DNA of 63,841 nucleotides, counting the filler, from an uncultured Methanosarcinales archaeon (GTDB taxonomy: Archaea; Nanobdellota; Nanobdellia; Woesearchaeales; CAYSVS01): the NCBI GenBank assembly GCA_964434475.1. It is 3 parts of 3 records of this genome, joined end to end, with 100 filler letters (N's around TTAATTAATTAA, not from the genome) between each part and the next. Parts side by side here need not be neighbours in the genome. Positions count along the whole stretch, not along the records: positions 30,893 to 60,032 come from CAYSVS010000012.1; 2 more parts are not named here. One strand, written 5' to 3'. Shown piece by piece: positions 38,437-49,251 of this stretch (the stretch's first letter is position 1; each line of letters begins with the position of its first letter). A model generated the notes under the pieces. That model was given only the letters and a program-made list of their open reading frames with translations. It was not told the origin of the DNA and did not search any database. The translations under genes and the position numbers were made by a program.

Positions 38437-39660
38437 ATGGTAGATGTATGTTTTTACTTTCAGGTCCATCAACCTTATAGGATGAAAAGATATAGTGTCT
38501 TTGACATAGGAAAAAACAGCAGCTATTTTGACGATGTAAAAAACAAAGAGATAATGAAAAAGGTCGCAGAGAAATCTTATTTGCCTACAAATAAGCTGAT
38601 GCTTGAAGCGTTAAAAAGACATCCTGAATTCAGGATAAGCTATAGTTTTTCCGGAACTGCATTAGAACAGTTTGAAAAATATGCTCCTGATGTTCTGCAA
38701 AGTTTCCAAAAATTGGTTGATACTAAACAAGTAGAGGTTTTAGATGAAACATACTATCATAGCCTTGCATTCCTTTACTCAAAAAAAGAGTTCGATGAAC
38801 AGGTTAAGATGCATAACAGAAAAATAAAGCAATTGTTCAGCTATAAGCCTAAAGTCTTCAGGAATACTGAACTAGTTTATAACAACGAACTTGCTAATCA
38901 CGTAGAGAAATTAGGGTACAAGGGAATTTTAGCAGAAGGCGCTGACCACATACTTGACTGGAGAAGCCCGAATTTTCTTTATTCCCCTAAAACAACAAGC
39001 AAGATAAAGCTTCTCTTGAAAAACTATAAGCTAAGTGATGATATAGCGTTTAGGTTCTCGAATAAAGGCTGGAAAGAATGGCCTTTGACAATAGACAAAT
39101 ACAGCAGATGGATAAACTCAATGAATGGCAATGGAAACATAATCAACCTATTCATGGACTATGAGACTTTCGGCGAACATCAATGGGAAGATACTGGAAT
39201 ATTTAAGTTTATGAAACAACTGCCAAATGAACTGCTAAAGCATCCTGATAACAGCTTTATAACTCCTAGTGAAGCTATCAGCAAATACAAGCCAGCAGCA
39301 GAACTGGATGTACATAATCTGATATCATGGGCAGATATGGAAAGGGATTTATCGGCATGGCTCGGAAACAAGATGCAGCAGGCAGCTCTGGATTATATCT
39401 ATAAGATTGAGAATATGGTCAAAAGATCAGGAAATAAGCAGATTATAGAAGAGTGGAGAAGATTACAGACCTCTGACCATTTTTACTATATGTGCACTAA
39501 ATACTTTAACGATGGAGATGTGCATAAGTACTTTAACCCATACGACAGTCCTTATGACAGTTATATCGCATTCATGAACATAATGAATGATTTAATGGTA
39601 AGACTCAATAAAACAAAAATACCTAATTTCATACCCAATTCATTTTCAGTTAAAACATAA
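38437..39660 (+). CDS. GH57 alpha-amylase
   Basis: FQVHQP, ETYYHSL, FRNTEL, FMDYETFGEHQ, QTSDHFYYM. Confidence 0.93.
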   Translation: MVDVCFYFQVHQPYRMKRYSVFDIGKNSSYFDDVKNKEIMKKVAEKSYLPTNKLMLEALKRHPEFRISYSFSGTALEQFEKYAPDVLQSFQKLVDTKQVEVLDETYYHSLAFLYSKKEFDEQVKMHNRKIKQLFSYKPKVFRNTELVYNNELANHVEKLGYKGILAEGADHILDWRSPNFLYSPKTTSKIKLLLKNYKLSDDIAFRFSNKGWKEWPLTIDKYSRWINSMNGNGNIINLFMDYETFGEHQWEDTGIFKFMKQLPNELLKHPDNSFITPSEAISKYKPAAELDVHNLISWADMERDLSAWLGNKMQQAALDYIYKIENMVKRSGNKQIIEEWRRLQTSDHFYYMCTKYFNDGDVHKYFNPYDSPYDSYIAFMNIMNDLMVRLNKTKIPNFIPNSFSVKT

Positions 39661-39671
39661 GAGGTGTAAAA

Positions 39672-39935
39672 ATGAAAGTATCTAAAGAAGTACAGGAAGG
39701 ATTTTACCTTGCAGACGGAAGGTATCTTAGAAGTGTTTTGGACCTAGCCAAGACATTGCCTTACATGGATCAAGGATTGTTCAGCCACCATGCAAACGAA
39801 ACAAAGAACGATTTTGCTGAATGGTTGGAAAAATCTGTTGGAGAAAACGAACTTGCAGAAGAATTGAAATGTGCAGGCAGCAAAGAAGAATTCGAGATGC
39901 TATTACTAAGACAAATAATAAAAAGTATGCAATGA
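39672..39935 (+). CDS. DUF5752-like small protein
   Basis: FYLADGR.L.S...L...M....FSHH.N..KNDFA.W. Confidence 0.7.
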   Translation: MKVSKEVQEGFYLADGRYLRSVLDLAKTLPYMDQGLFSHHANETKNDFAEWLEKSVGENELAEELKCAGSKEEFEMLLLRQIIKSMQ

Positions 39936-39938
39936 AAT

Positions 39939-40238
39939 ATGAGAGGTGAAAGTATGAAACAAAACAAGATTTTACAAGACATACACGGCCATTATTGTTT
40001 TTGGATTAATAATGGACCTGTTGTAAAAAATATACAAGAACTACCGAAGGTTCTAAAGAATATGGATAAAGATACCTTCAGTCATCATGTGAACAAAGAA
40101 AAGAACGACTTTGCTAAATGGATTGATGAAGTTATTGGAGACATAGTTTTAGCGAAAAGTTTAAAAAGAGTGAAAAGAAAAGATACATACTTAAGAAAAA
40201 TAGAAACAAGATTAAAAGAGCTGAATAAAGCAAAATAA
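39939..40238 (+). CDS. DUF5752-like small protein
   Basis: FWINNG...KNI.EL...M....FSHHVN..KNDFAKW; start may be ATG 39954. Confidence 0.7.
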   Translation: MRGESMKQNKILQDIHGHYCFWINNGPVVKNIQELPKVLKNMDKDTFSHHVNKEKNDFAKWIDEVIGDIVLAKSLKRVKRKDTYLRKIETRLKELNKAK

Positions 40239-40251
40239 AGGGTGGGGATAT

Positions 40252-41073
40252 TTGGATTTGCTAAAACAAGTTAATAAGGAATATGCATTTATTCTGCAAG
40301 ATGGCAGAAGATTAAATAGCATAGCTGAACTTAAAGCAAGTCTTGCAGACATGGATGATAATATTTTTAGTCATCATGTGAATGACCAAAAGAATGACTT
40401 CTCAAACTGGATTAAAGATATACATAATGATGACAAACTTGCATCTATGCTTGAAGACGCAAAGAACAATCTTGAAGCAGCGAATGCCATAAACAGCAGA
40501 ATAAAAGAGTTAACAACTCCAAAAGTCAAGATAAAAAAAGCTAGAAAAAAACCTTTGAATGAATTGAAAGAACCTCTTGTTATAAAACTTAAGGATAAAA
40601 ATAGCAAGAAGAACAAGGAAAAGATTAAGTTTACTATTGTTAAACAAAAGCTAAATAAACCTAAATTATCTAAAGCAGAAGATATTGTAAAAATTAAAAA
40701 GAACAATAAGATCATCAAAGAAGAAAAAGAACCTGATAATGTAGAGTTTGCAACTGTTCAGGATAAAGGATTATTGGCAAAAACGTTTATGCCTTTTGTA
40801 AAGTTCAGGAATAAGAATAAGAGTATTGATTATGAAAAGTTTAGGCTTGATGTTGATGTAAAACATATAAAAAATAATTCAAGATCAAAATCCACTGCTT
40901 CTGAAAAATCTAAAGAGCCAGATATAAGTTTGGAAACTAAATCAACATCAAAAATAGGAAAACCAATCCATAAATCCAATCATCATTTTATGAGGTGTGG
41001 AGTACATGAATTCTTCAAAGGAATGATTTTAGGATTAATACTTGGCACTATTATCGCATCTATTGTTGTATAA
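40252..41073 (+). CDS. DUF5752-like domain + Lys-rich linker + C-terminal TM anchor
   Basis: FILQDGR.LNS..EL...M....FSHHVN..KNDFSNW; hydrophobic C-terminus. Confidence 0.7.
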   Translation: MDLLKQVNKEYAFILQDGRRLNSIAELKASLADMDDNIFSHHVNDQKNDFSNWIKDIHNDDKLASMLEDAKNNLEAANAINSRIKELTTPKVKIKKARKKPLNELKEPLVIKLKDKNSKKNKEKIKFTIVKQKLNKPKLSKAEDIVKIKKNNKIIKEEKEPDNVEFATVQDKGLLAKTFMPFVKFRNKNKSIDYEKFRLDVDVKHIKNNSRSKSTASEKSKEPDISLETKSTSKIGKPIHKSNHHFMRCGVHEFFKGMILGLILGTIIASIVV

Positions 41074-41235
41074 AGACAGTATAATTTCTATCGAAAAAGG
41101 TTTTTAGCATTATATCATAATAGTGGTCAAAAACTATTTATATATAATTTCTTTCCTTTTTGTAACCACTTGTCAGTTACATTTAAAAAGATGCTACTTC
41201 TTACTACTTTTAGTTATTACAGGATTTGATAAACA

Positions 41236-41385
41236 ATGAAACGAAAAATAAGCATATCAATGGAAGACAGCATCATATCTCTTGTTGAAGAAAAGGTAGA
41301 TGGAGCTTTATTCAGGAACAAGAGCCATATCATAGAATATGCTGTAAGAACATTTCTAGGTGTTAAGAATGATGAAAGAATATAA
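41236..41385 (+). CDS. Ribbon-helix-helix regulator
   Basis: MKRKISISMEDSIISLVEEKV....FRNKSHIIEYAV (49 aa, below ORF-track cutoff). Confidence 0.7.
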   Translation: MKRKISISMEDSIISLVEEKVDGALFRNKSHIIEYAVRTFLGVKNDERI

Positions 41386-41499
41386 ACCATACTTTAAAGA
41401 GCTTAAAAAAAGATACAAAAGCGTAATGAGAACATTACCAAAAGCAGATACAACATATAACCAATATTCTCAATCTATAAATAAAATATTACAGATAAG

Positions 41500-42489
41500 A
41501 TGAACAAAAGCATTAACATCCTCAGGAACCTGAAATATAAGAACGGATTGTTCAGCGCAAGCTCTAAGAAAGTCGATACTGGTTATAATAAAGTCTGGAT
41601 AAGAGATAATATATATGAAGCTATTGGCTTAGAGCACGCAGACATTAAAGAAGCATTGAAAACATATCATGCATTACTTAACATTCTTATAAAACACGAA
41701 GATAAGATAGATTGGGCAATCAAAGAAAAGCCTGATGCTGCATTTAAATATATACATCCAAGGTATGATCCAGATACCATGAAAGAAATATGGGAAGAAT
41801 GGGGAAACAAGCAGAATGATGCTATAGGTGCTTTATTGTTCAAGATAGGAGAGATGCTTGAAAAAAACTTGAAGATTATCAGAGGAATAGACGATTACAG
41901 AATTATACAGAAACTTATCATTTATCTTGAAAGTATAGAATATTGGCATGATCAAGACAATGGAATTTGGGAAGAGAATGAAGAAGTACATGCTTCAAGC
42001 ATAGGTGCATGTGTTGCTGGATTAAAAAAGCTAAGCAAGTATTTTCATATTCCTCATGGATTGATAGAAAAAGGCATAAAAAAATTGAACATACTTCTAC
42101 CAAGGGAATCTATCACCAAAGAGGTTGATCTAGCGTTATTATCATTGATCTATCCTTTTAATATAGTCGATAAAAATCAAAGAAATGCAATATTGCAGAA
42201 TGTTGAAAATAAATTGGTAAGAAACAATGGCGTAATTAGATATATTGGAGACCAATATTATAATAAGAAAGGAGAAGCTGAATGGTGTTTTGGTTTTCCG
42301 TGGCTTGCGATAATATACAAGAAGCTTGGAAACAAAGAAAAATATAGGTTTTATATAAATAAAACACTATCTGTAATGAATAAAAAAGGAGAACTGCCTG
42401 AACTTTATTATGCAAATTCAAAAAACTACAATGAAAACTGCCCTTTAGGCTGGGCTCAAGCATTGTACATCGTAGCTAAGAAGATATGA
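41500..42489 (+). CDS. GH15 glucoamylase-like protein
   Basis: Y.KVWIRD, QNDA.G, D.GIWEE, G..RY..D.Y, ELPE, PLGWAQA. Confidence 0.88.
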   Translation: MNKSINILRNLKYKNGLFSASSKKVDTGYNKVWIRDNIYEAIGLEHADIKEALKTYHALLNILIKHEDKIDWAIKEKPDAAFKYIHPRYDPDTMKEIWEEWGNKQNDAIGALLFKIGEMLEKNLKIIRGIDDYRIIQKLIIYLESIEYWHDQDNGIWEENEEVHASSIGACVAGLKKLSKYFHIPHGLIEKGIKKLNILLPRESITKEVDLALLSLIYPFNIVDKNQRNAILQNVENKLVRNNGVIRYIGDQYYNKKGEAEWCFGFPWLAIIYKKLGNKEKYRFYINKTLSVMNKKGELPELYYANSKNYNENCPLGWAQALYIVAKKI

Positions 42490-44239
42490 TGTCATCAATC
42501 AATTCTATAAACATCGCATTGCTCCATGCCTGACATAAACAACCCTGGCTTTTTAATTTATCTGCACTGCTAAGTTCTGCGTGATGTCCCAGTAATCCTT
42601 TCCATAATATTTCATAAGCACTTGCTTGAATAATATTGTCTATCTGTTTTTTGAACTTCTTTTTATCTATCTTATTCATGACTATAGCGGCTAAGTTGTT
42701 TATCCAGAACCAAGAATCTCCTCTATGATACGAATCTGTATTCTCGCCAGTATGGTGTTTTTTGAACAGCTTATTTGATCTGTCTATAGTAGATAATCCT
42801 CCCCAATTAAACCAAAGTTTAGGAAGTATTTTTGATATGCAAGCAATCCATTCTGTTTTTGTCAGTAATTCAGGATATATGTATGCTGCGATAAAGACAT
42901 TTGGCCGTACAGTTGAATCTTTTAATCCATCGTATAGATAGTTGTTATTGAAAAAACATTTTTTAACTTTTTTTCTTAAATTATATTCAAGTTCAAGATA
43001 TTTCTTATCTTTTGTCAGTTTATAGGCAAATTTATACATAGCTAATCTTAATGCTTGTATCTCAATCCTTATGCCTTGTCTTGTATCTTTTTCACCAGTA
43101 TCCATCCAGGTTTCTAATTTATAGTTCACAGCAAAATCATCTTTTGAATGATATTTGAGCAATAATCCTATAGATTGTTTCAATTGTTTTTTTACAAACT
43201 CTTTTTCTTTTTTATTCAGTTTGGTCTGACTTAATCTAAAAAAACTCCAACCAACACCATCTGCACTCGCATTCGGTTCTCCATTGTAATGGTGCAGTCT
43301 TATGTTGGGAATCCTTCCATCTGGTAATATGTTTTTGATCTGTTCTAGCAATATTTCTTTGTTATGTTTTACATCTAAACAGGATATAGCTTCATCTCTT
43401 GTCCAAAACTGGAAAAACCAAGGCAAGCCTGCAAAGATGCCAAAATCACTTTCTACATCAGATACTAATGAGTTCAATGAATGTTTTGCGCAAGCATAAG
43501 CAAATCGTATATTTTTATCTTCTATTTTATCATTAAAACATGTCTCACTTTTCTTCTTTTCCATATTTTTAATCTTATCAATATTTTTCTTAACAGACAT
43601 TATATTTTTCTTAGCTTTCTCCTTTTCAAAATCTGCTGAAATCAATATCTTGTCAGAATAGCATTCCAATACTTTGAATACATACCTTGAATACGGCGCA
43701 GAATTTCTATTTCTATCTAAAGAATAATCCTCTTTTATCCATTGTTTAATATGCTTTTTTTCATCACAATAAATCGCAACATACAAATCATATTCATTTT
43801 TTCCCTGGCTTGAATCTTCCTTGTTATCTGTTTTTTTACTGAACTTAACTATAACAATATCGTCTTCTTCAATCACATCATAATATCTTCCAAACTCTCT
43901 GTTATCATAGCTTTTTTTTATGTCAAGAAGTATTGATAAGTTTGTTTTCTTGTCTGTTTCATACACTAGAGAATTTTCATACAAAAGGAATGTTTCAGTA
44001 AATGTCTTCCTTTTTCTTTTGATCATATTAAGACTACTGTTGATTTCTTCAATAGGCTCTTCATTCCTTATGTCTGACATTATCTTATACATATCATCAA
44101 AATAAAGATATAATCCTTGATATCTTGACTTAGGACTACCAAGATAACAATATCCTCCTTTATTATTTGACAAAAGAAATCCTATAGGATCTGCCTTATT
44201 TCCTATGCTTTTGCCTGAAATAGAATAATTTATTCTCAT
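42476..44239 (-). CDS. Amylo-alpha-1,6-glucosidase (glycogen debranching enzyme)
   Basis: AGLPWFFQFWTRDE, TWMD, RPN, YHRG..W.W, GC..QAWS. Confidence 0.88.
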   Translation of the reverse strand: MRINYSISGKSIGNKADPIGFLLSNNKGGYCYLGSPKSRYQGLYLYFDDMYKIMSDIRNEEPIEEINSSLNMIKRKRKTFTETFLLYENSLVYETDKKTNLSILLDIKKSYDNREFGRYYDVIEEDDIVIVKFSKKTDNKEDSSQGKNEYDLYVAIYCDEKKHIKQWIKEDYSLDRNRNSAPYSRYVFKVLECYSDKILISADFEKEKAKKNIMSVKKNIDKIKNMEKKKSETCFNDKIEDKNIRFAYACAKHSLNSLVSDVESDFGIFAGLPWFFQFWTRDEAISCLDVKHNKEILLEQIKNILPDGRIPNIRLHHYNGEPNASADGVGWSFFRLSQTKLNKKEKEFVKKQLKQSIGLLLKYHSKDDFAVNYKLETWMDTGEKDTRQGIRIEIQALRLAMYKFAYKLTKDKKYLELEYNLRKKVKKCFFNNNYLYDGLKDSTVRPNVFIAAYIYPELLTKTEWIACISKILPKLWFNWGGLSTIDRSNKLFKKHHTGENTDSYHRGDSWFWINNLAAIVMNKIDKKKFKKQIDNIIQASAYEILWKGLLGHHAELSSADKLKSQGCLCQAWSNAMFIELIDDIISS

Positions 44240-44374
44240 TTTACCTCTTTTTTAGAATATTAAGAAAACAGGATATATAAATTTAGCTTTTTTACGGCTA
44301 AGATCTGTTAATCGTGCAGAAATAATTTACACAACATATATGTACATTTGCCAATTATATATAATATTTATTTT

Positions 44375-44872
44375 CTAAGGCACCCTATTTAGATGTTTGA
44401 TCAAATAATTCTCGCCTTTGCTATTTATCTTCGCGGGTTTTTTTGTATTCACTACTTTCTCTTCTTTTTTATTTGCTTCTTTTCCGACATAGAAAGCATC
44501 TCCTTTGATACGCTTAAAAGCCTCTTCAAGTTTAGCAGGATCTGCTTTTTTCGGTTTCCACATCATATCAAGATTATCCTTATCATTCCTTGCTACAACA
44601 TCAATGCAAACCTTTTCATGTTTTTGACCTGATCCAACACCATTATTGACAATAATATTAGTGCCTTGCGCTTTTAATCCTTCAAACAAAGCAGTAGCAG
44701 CATAACTAGCCACAAAAAACATATGCTGTACAAGTTCATCATCCATATCTTCTAATGTTTTAAAATCCTTTTGCGGATATACTTGAATATGGCCTAAAGC
44801 TGCTGGCTTTTCTGCTAAAATTACATAGCAGAGCGCATCTTCATACAATTGTTCAATATTATCTTCTGCCAT
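44375..44872 (-). CDS. Degenerate HIT-fold protein
   Basis: LYED, P..LGH, GTNIIVNNG..SGQ retained but the HxHxH motif is replaced by KVCIDVV. Confidence 0.7.
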   Translation of the reverse strand: MAEDNIEQLYEDALCYVILAEKPAALGHIQVYPQKDFKTLEDMDDELVQHMFFVASYAATALFEGLKAQGTNIIVNNGVGSGQKHEKVCIDVVARNDKDNLDMMWKPKKADPAKLEEAFKRIKGDAFYVGKEANKKEEKVVNTKKPAKINSKGENYLIKHLNRVP

Positions 44873-46027
44873 CAGCCAAATAACCTCGCAATATCATCTA
44901 AGCTAACGCCTTCTTTAGGTTTTTCTTTATCTTTATCATCTTCATCATCAGAACTTTCTTTTTCATCGATATCTTCATCACTATCTTCTTCACTTAATTC
45001 ATTATCATCACTATCTTCTTCACTTAATTNNNNNNNNNNNNNNNNNNNNNNNNNNNNNNNNNNNNNNNNNNNNNNNNNNNNNNNNNNNNNNNNNNNNNNN
45101 NNNNNNNNNNNNNNNNNNNNNNNNNNNNNCTTCTTCACTTAATTCATTATCATCACTATCTTCTTCACTTAATTCATTATCATCGCTATCTTCTTCACTT
45201 AATTCATTATCATCACTATCTTCTTCATCTAATTCATCTTTAACAGAATTCTCATCATCAGATTCTTTTTGCTCTTCAAGTTTTTCTTTTTTATCTTTAT
45301 CTTCTGATTCTTCCACATCTTCAAAATCTGCTTCTTTTACACCAGTAAAATGCTCTACAATCTCATCAAAATTAACATTGTCAAACAACGCCTTTAGTTG
45401 AGCATTGCCAGGAATTGCCTGCTTCAATGTATCTGGCTTTGTCTTAATCAACTCAATAATCTGCGGATTCTGTTCTAATATCTTTATTACCTGTTCTTTA
45501 GACATCTTTGGCATTGCTTCTTCTTTGCCTTCAATAGGATGTTTCTTATAGAATTCCTGAAGCATCAAAGGCAGATTATGCTTGAGCATTTCCTCTAATT
45601 CTTTTAGTTTAACTTCATCTACTTTGTTTTCTTTAAGATTCAATCCACTTACACCATCGCCTTTCTCTCTAGGAATTATATGCACCATAAAATGCGCAGA
45701 CTGTTGTCCTGCTGCTGCTCCATTAGCTATAAACACATTAGTTCCAGTCATAAGCAATGACTTTTTCAGAATCTTAGACATATCTCTGACAATCTTGAAT
45801 AAGTGCCTGAAAGTATCCTGTGGAATCAGCGGCATTATAGGATAATGTTCTTTAGGCATGACAAGACAATGGCCTTTGTTTGCTGGATTTATATCTAGAA
45901 TAGCTATTACCTTATCATCTTCATACACTTTTTTTGAAGGAATCTTTCCAGCGATTATCTGGCAAAAAGGACATTGTTTCTTCTGTTGTTCAATAATCTT
46001 CTTCTGCTCAGGTGTTAATTCTGCCAT
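44872..46027 (-). CDS. HIT family hydrolase with acidic repeat tail (spans assembly gap)
   Basis: CPFC.I, VYED, DINP.NKGH, AGQQSAHFMVHIIPR; (EEDSDDNELS)n on both sides of the N gap. Confidence 0.85.
44975..45236. repeat. 30-bp coding tandem repeat, unresolved (100-N gap at 45030-45129)
   Basis: TTCTTCACTTAATTCATTATCATCACTATC units flank the gap. Confidence 0.85.
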
Positions 46028-46060
46028 AATATCACTAAAATATCTTATATTTTAAAAACT

Positions 46061-47257
46061 TTACCTAACATCTTTCTTGACAATCTGTCCAGGCAGTGTT
46101 GTTGTGCTAGGCCAGAACTTTCTTCCTGGATAGATGCTTGTGTGTATGCCAGTATGCACATTCTCAGCGATTATAGTTCCGAATTTTCTTCTTTCGCTGT
46201 CTATCATCCTGTCTTTTATCTCTGTCTTTACATTAGCATTATCATGGCGTAAATTGGCAGTTATAGTACCAGCACCCATGTTGCTGTTGTTTCCGATTAC
46301 ACTATCTCCCAGATAAGAAAGATGACCAACATTTGTATTATCCATTATCACTGAATTCTTTATCTCAACAGCATTGCCTATCTTACAGTTATTACCTATT
46401 GTAGTGGCTCCCCGGATATAACAATTAGGACCTATGTTACAGTCTTCTCCAAAAACAGCAGGCCCTTCAATATAAGCTCCCTTCTTAATCAGCGTACCTT
46501 GGCCAACATAGACATTTCCTTTTATTATCGCTCCTTTTTCTACATCACCTAATATAGTAGATTTATCCATGCTTTCAAGAATTACTTTATTAGCATCTAG
46601 CAGATGCCACGCATATCCTACACTCAACCAATATCCCTTTACTTCTATACATTTTACATTGTCTTGTTTACTAAGCATCAACAATGCGTCTGTTATCTCG
46701 TATTCTCCTCTTGCGCTTTTTTTTATATCAAACTCAAAAATATTCTTGTCCAGAACATACATTGCGCAGTTTGCCAAGTCAGAGATAAACTCCTGAGGCT
46801 TTTCTACCAGATTATTAACATAATTATCCTTATCAACAACAAACACACCAAACCTTTCTGGGTTTTTTACCTTTTGCACTAAAACAGAATATTTATGCTT
46901 AAGACATTCTTTGATATCTTTCTCATGATAAAGGTCATCACCCATCATAAGTATGAACTTATCCTTCAACAATCCTTTACAGCACTTTACTGCATCATAC
47001 GTTCCTAACTGCTTTTTCTGCTCAACATACTTTATCTTAATACCGCCATATTCATTGCCAAGATAATCGATAATCATCTCTTTCTTGAATCCTACTACAA
47101 TTATCACTTCATCAACAAGTCCAACAAGTTGATCAAGATTATGCTCTAACAATGATCTATTAGCTACTTTCAACAAAACTTTTGGAACATTTATTGTCAA
47201 AGGCTCTGTTCTTGTACTTTTTCCAGCGGCGAGAATTATAGCTTGCATCTTATTCAC
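46061..47257 (-). CDS. glmU: Archaeal-type bifunctional sugar-1-phosphate nucleotidylyltransferase/acetyltransferase
   Basis: ILAAGKSTR..PL...PK, VEKP, RGEYEITD, hexapeptide repeats, HLSYLGDS. Confidence 0.88.
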   Translation of the reverse strand: MNKMQAIILAAGKSTRTEPLTINVPKVLLKVANRSLLEHNLDQLVGLVDEVIIVVGFKKEMIIDYLGNEYGGIKIKYVEQKKQLGTYDAVKCCKGLLKDKFILMMGDDLYHEKDIKECLKHKYSVLVQKVKNPERFGVFVVDKDNYVNNLVEKPQEFISDLANCAMYVLDKNIFEFDIKKSARGEYEITDALLMLSKQDNVKCIEVKGYWLSVGYAWHLLDANKVILESMDKSTILGDVEKGAIIKGNVYVGQGTLIKKGAYIEGPAVFGEDCNIGPNCYIRGATTIGNNCKIGNAVEIKNSVIMDNTNVGHLSYLGDSVIGNNSNMGAGTITANLRHDNANVKTEIKDRMIDSERRKFGTIIAENVHTGIHTSIYPGRKFWPSTTTLPGQIVKKDVR

Positions 47258-48611
47258 CTATCTCCTTTTTTATCACATTTGCAATTTTTTTTGCATATTT
47301 ATTGACCTTATCCTCATCTTTTCCTTCAACCATAACTCTTGCTTTGTCCTGAGTTCCAGAGTATCTGACCAACACTCTACCTTCATCACCTAAAGCAAGT
47401 TCAACATCCTCAATAGCTTTCTTTGTTTCCATAAGCTCAGACAAATCCTTTTTTTCCTTTACATTAACATTTATCAATATTTGAGGATATTTTGTCATGA
47501 CTTTAGCAAGTTCAGACAATTTTTTATTTGACTTTCTTATTATATTCAATAACTGTAATGCACTTATTATACCATCCCCTGTGCTTGCATAATCAAGAAA
47601 AATCATATGGCCGGATTGCTCACCGCCAAAATTATAATTATTTTTTCTCATCTCTTCAACAACATACCTATCTCCTACTTGAGTCTGTATCGGGTTGATA
47701 TCATTCTCTTCAAGACATTTCTTAAGGCCAATGTTGCTCATCACTGTTGCCACAACAGCATCGTTCTTCAGTTTGCCCTGCTTTTTCATCTCTAAAGCAC
47801 ATATAGCCATTATCTTGTCTCCATCCACTTCATTACCTTTTTCATCGACAACTATAACCCTATCAGCATCTCCGTCCAACGCAATCCCAATATCGCAATT
47901 ATGTCCAAGCACAGCTGCTTTAACAACATCAGGATGCTGGCTTCCACATTCTTTGTTTATGTTCAACCCGTCTGGCTTATTGTTCAATGTAACTATATCA
48001 GCCCCCAGTTCCAAAAATACCAATGGCGCAATATTATAGGCAGCACCATTAGAGCAATCTAATGCTACCTTTATTCCTTTCAAAGATTCATTGTTTATAC
48101 TGCTCTTAGCAAACTCAATATATCTTCCGTTCGCATGATCAATCCTTTCAGCTTTTCCTATATTCTCTCCAAGTATATTTGAATTATCAAGATCATCTTC
48201 AAGTATCAGTCTCTCTATCTCTTCTTCAATACAATCAGGCAGCTTAAAGCCGTTGTGATCAAATATCTTTATGCCGTTGTCTTCTGCAGGATTATGGCTA
48301 GCACTTATAACTATACCAGCATCACCATTCAAACTTCTTGTCAGATGTGCTATAGCTGGCGTAGGCATAGGTCCAGTAAGTATAGCTCTGCCGCCCATCG
48401 AAGTTACACCAGAAGCTATAGCATTTTCAAACATATAACAGCTTAATCTTGTATCTTTGCCTATAACAATCCTTGGCTTTTTGTTTTTTTTGTTCAATGC
48501 TTTAACTACAGCTTTTCCAACCATTAACGCTATATCAGCAGTCATGGGATAAATATTTGCTTTTCCTCTTATACCATCTGTACCAAATAATTTTCTTGCC
48601 ATTTCATTCAC
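47250..48611 (-). CDS. glmM: Phosphoglucosamine mutase
   Basis: FGTDGIRG, ISASHNP, DGDADR, GGEQSGH, RYSGT. Confidence 0.95.
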   Translation of the reverse strand: MNEMARKLFGTDGIRGKANIYPMTADIALMVGKAVVKALNKKNKKPRIVIGKDTRLSCYMFENAIASGVTSMGGRAILTGPMPTPAIAHLTRSLNGDAGIVISASHNPAEDNGIKIFDHNGFKLPDCIEEEIERLILEDDLDNSNILGENIGKAERIDHANGRYIEFAKSSINNESLKGIKVALDCSNGAAYNIAPLVFLELGADIVTLNNKPDGLNINKECGSQHPDVVKAAVLGHNCDIGIALDGDADRVIVVDEKGNEVDGDKIMAICALEMKKQGKLKNDAVVATVMSNIGLKKCLEENDINPIQTQVGDRYVVEEMRKNNYNFGGEQSGHMIFLDYASTGDGIISALQLLNIIRKSNKKLSELAKVMTKYPQILINVNVKEKKDLSELMETKKAIEDVELALGDEGRVLVRYSGTQDKARVMVEGKDEDKVNKYAKKIANVIKKEIGE

Positions 48612-49251
48612 CTAATTTATCAAGTAATCCTAAATTTATTTCTCTTAATGATTTTATTATCCTATCTGATTTGGAAAAATCCTCATGCATAGTCCACTTA
48701 TTAGGCACTGCTATCGCCTTTATTCCTGCCTTTTTTGCAGCTTCTATGCCTGCTGAAGTATCTTCAACAACAACACATTCCTTTGCATCTAAATTTAGTT
48801 TTTTAAGTGATGTAAGATAGACTTCAGGATTTGGCTTTCTTTCCTTGCAGTCATCAAAGGTTGTTATCTTGTCAAATACATCATTTAGTTTGTAGATATC
48901 CAAAAAAATATCAACAACATCTCTCGGTGAAGATGTAGCTAAAGCGATCTTCATATTATTATCTTTAAGATTTTGCAGCAGTTCTTTTGCTCCATCAGCA
49001 AGACTTATGTCTTTATACAAACTCATGAAAATCTCAATATGTCTTTTGACAAACTTGTTTCTATCAAAATCATACTTTTTCTGCAGAATCTTCGAAAAAT
49101 CTTCAGGATGCCTTGGAACTATCATATTCTTATCTTCACCATTAAGCTCTATACCTTGTTCTTTCATAGCACCTGTTGCTGATTTTAAATTCATCTCTGG
49201 AACATTTATCAATAACACACCGTCAAGGTCAAATATCATTGCTTTTATCAT
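48604..49251 (-). CDS. HAD family phosphatase (beta-PGM-like)
   Basis: FDLDGVL, ATSS, KPNPEVY, VEDT. Confidence 0.9.
   Translation of the reverse strand: MIKAMIFDLDGVLLINVPEMNLKSATGAMKEQGIELNGEDKNMIVPRHPEDFSKILQKKYDFDRNKFVKRHIEIFMSLYKDISLADGAKELLQNLKDNNMKIALATSSPRDVVDIFLDIYKLNDVFDKITTFDDCKERKPNPEVYLTSLKKLNLDAKECVVVEDTSAGIEAAKKAGIKAIAVPNKWTMHEDFSKSDRIIKSLREINLGLLDKLGE

Noticed and set aside
44975..45236. 30-bp repeats as CRISPR
   Set aside because: No spacers; in-frame coding tandem repeat
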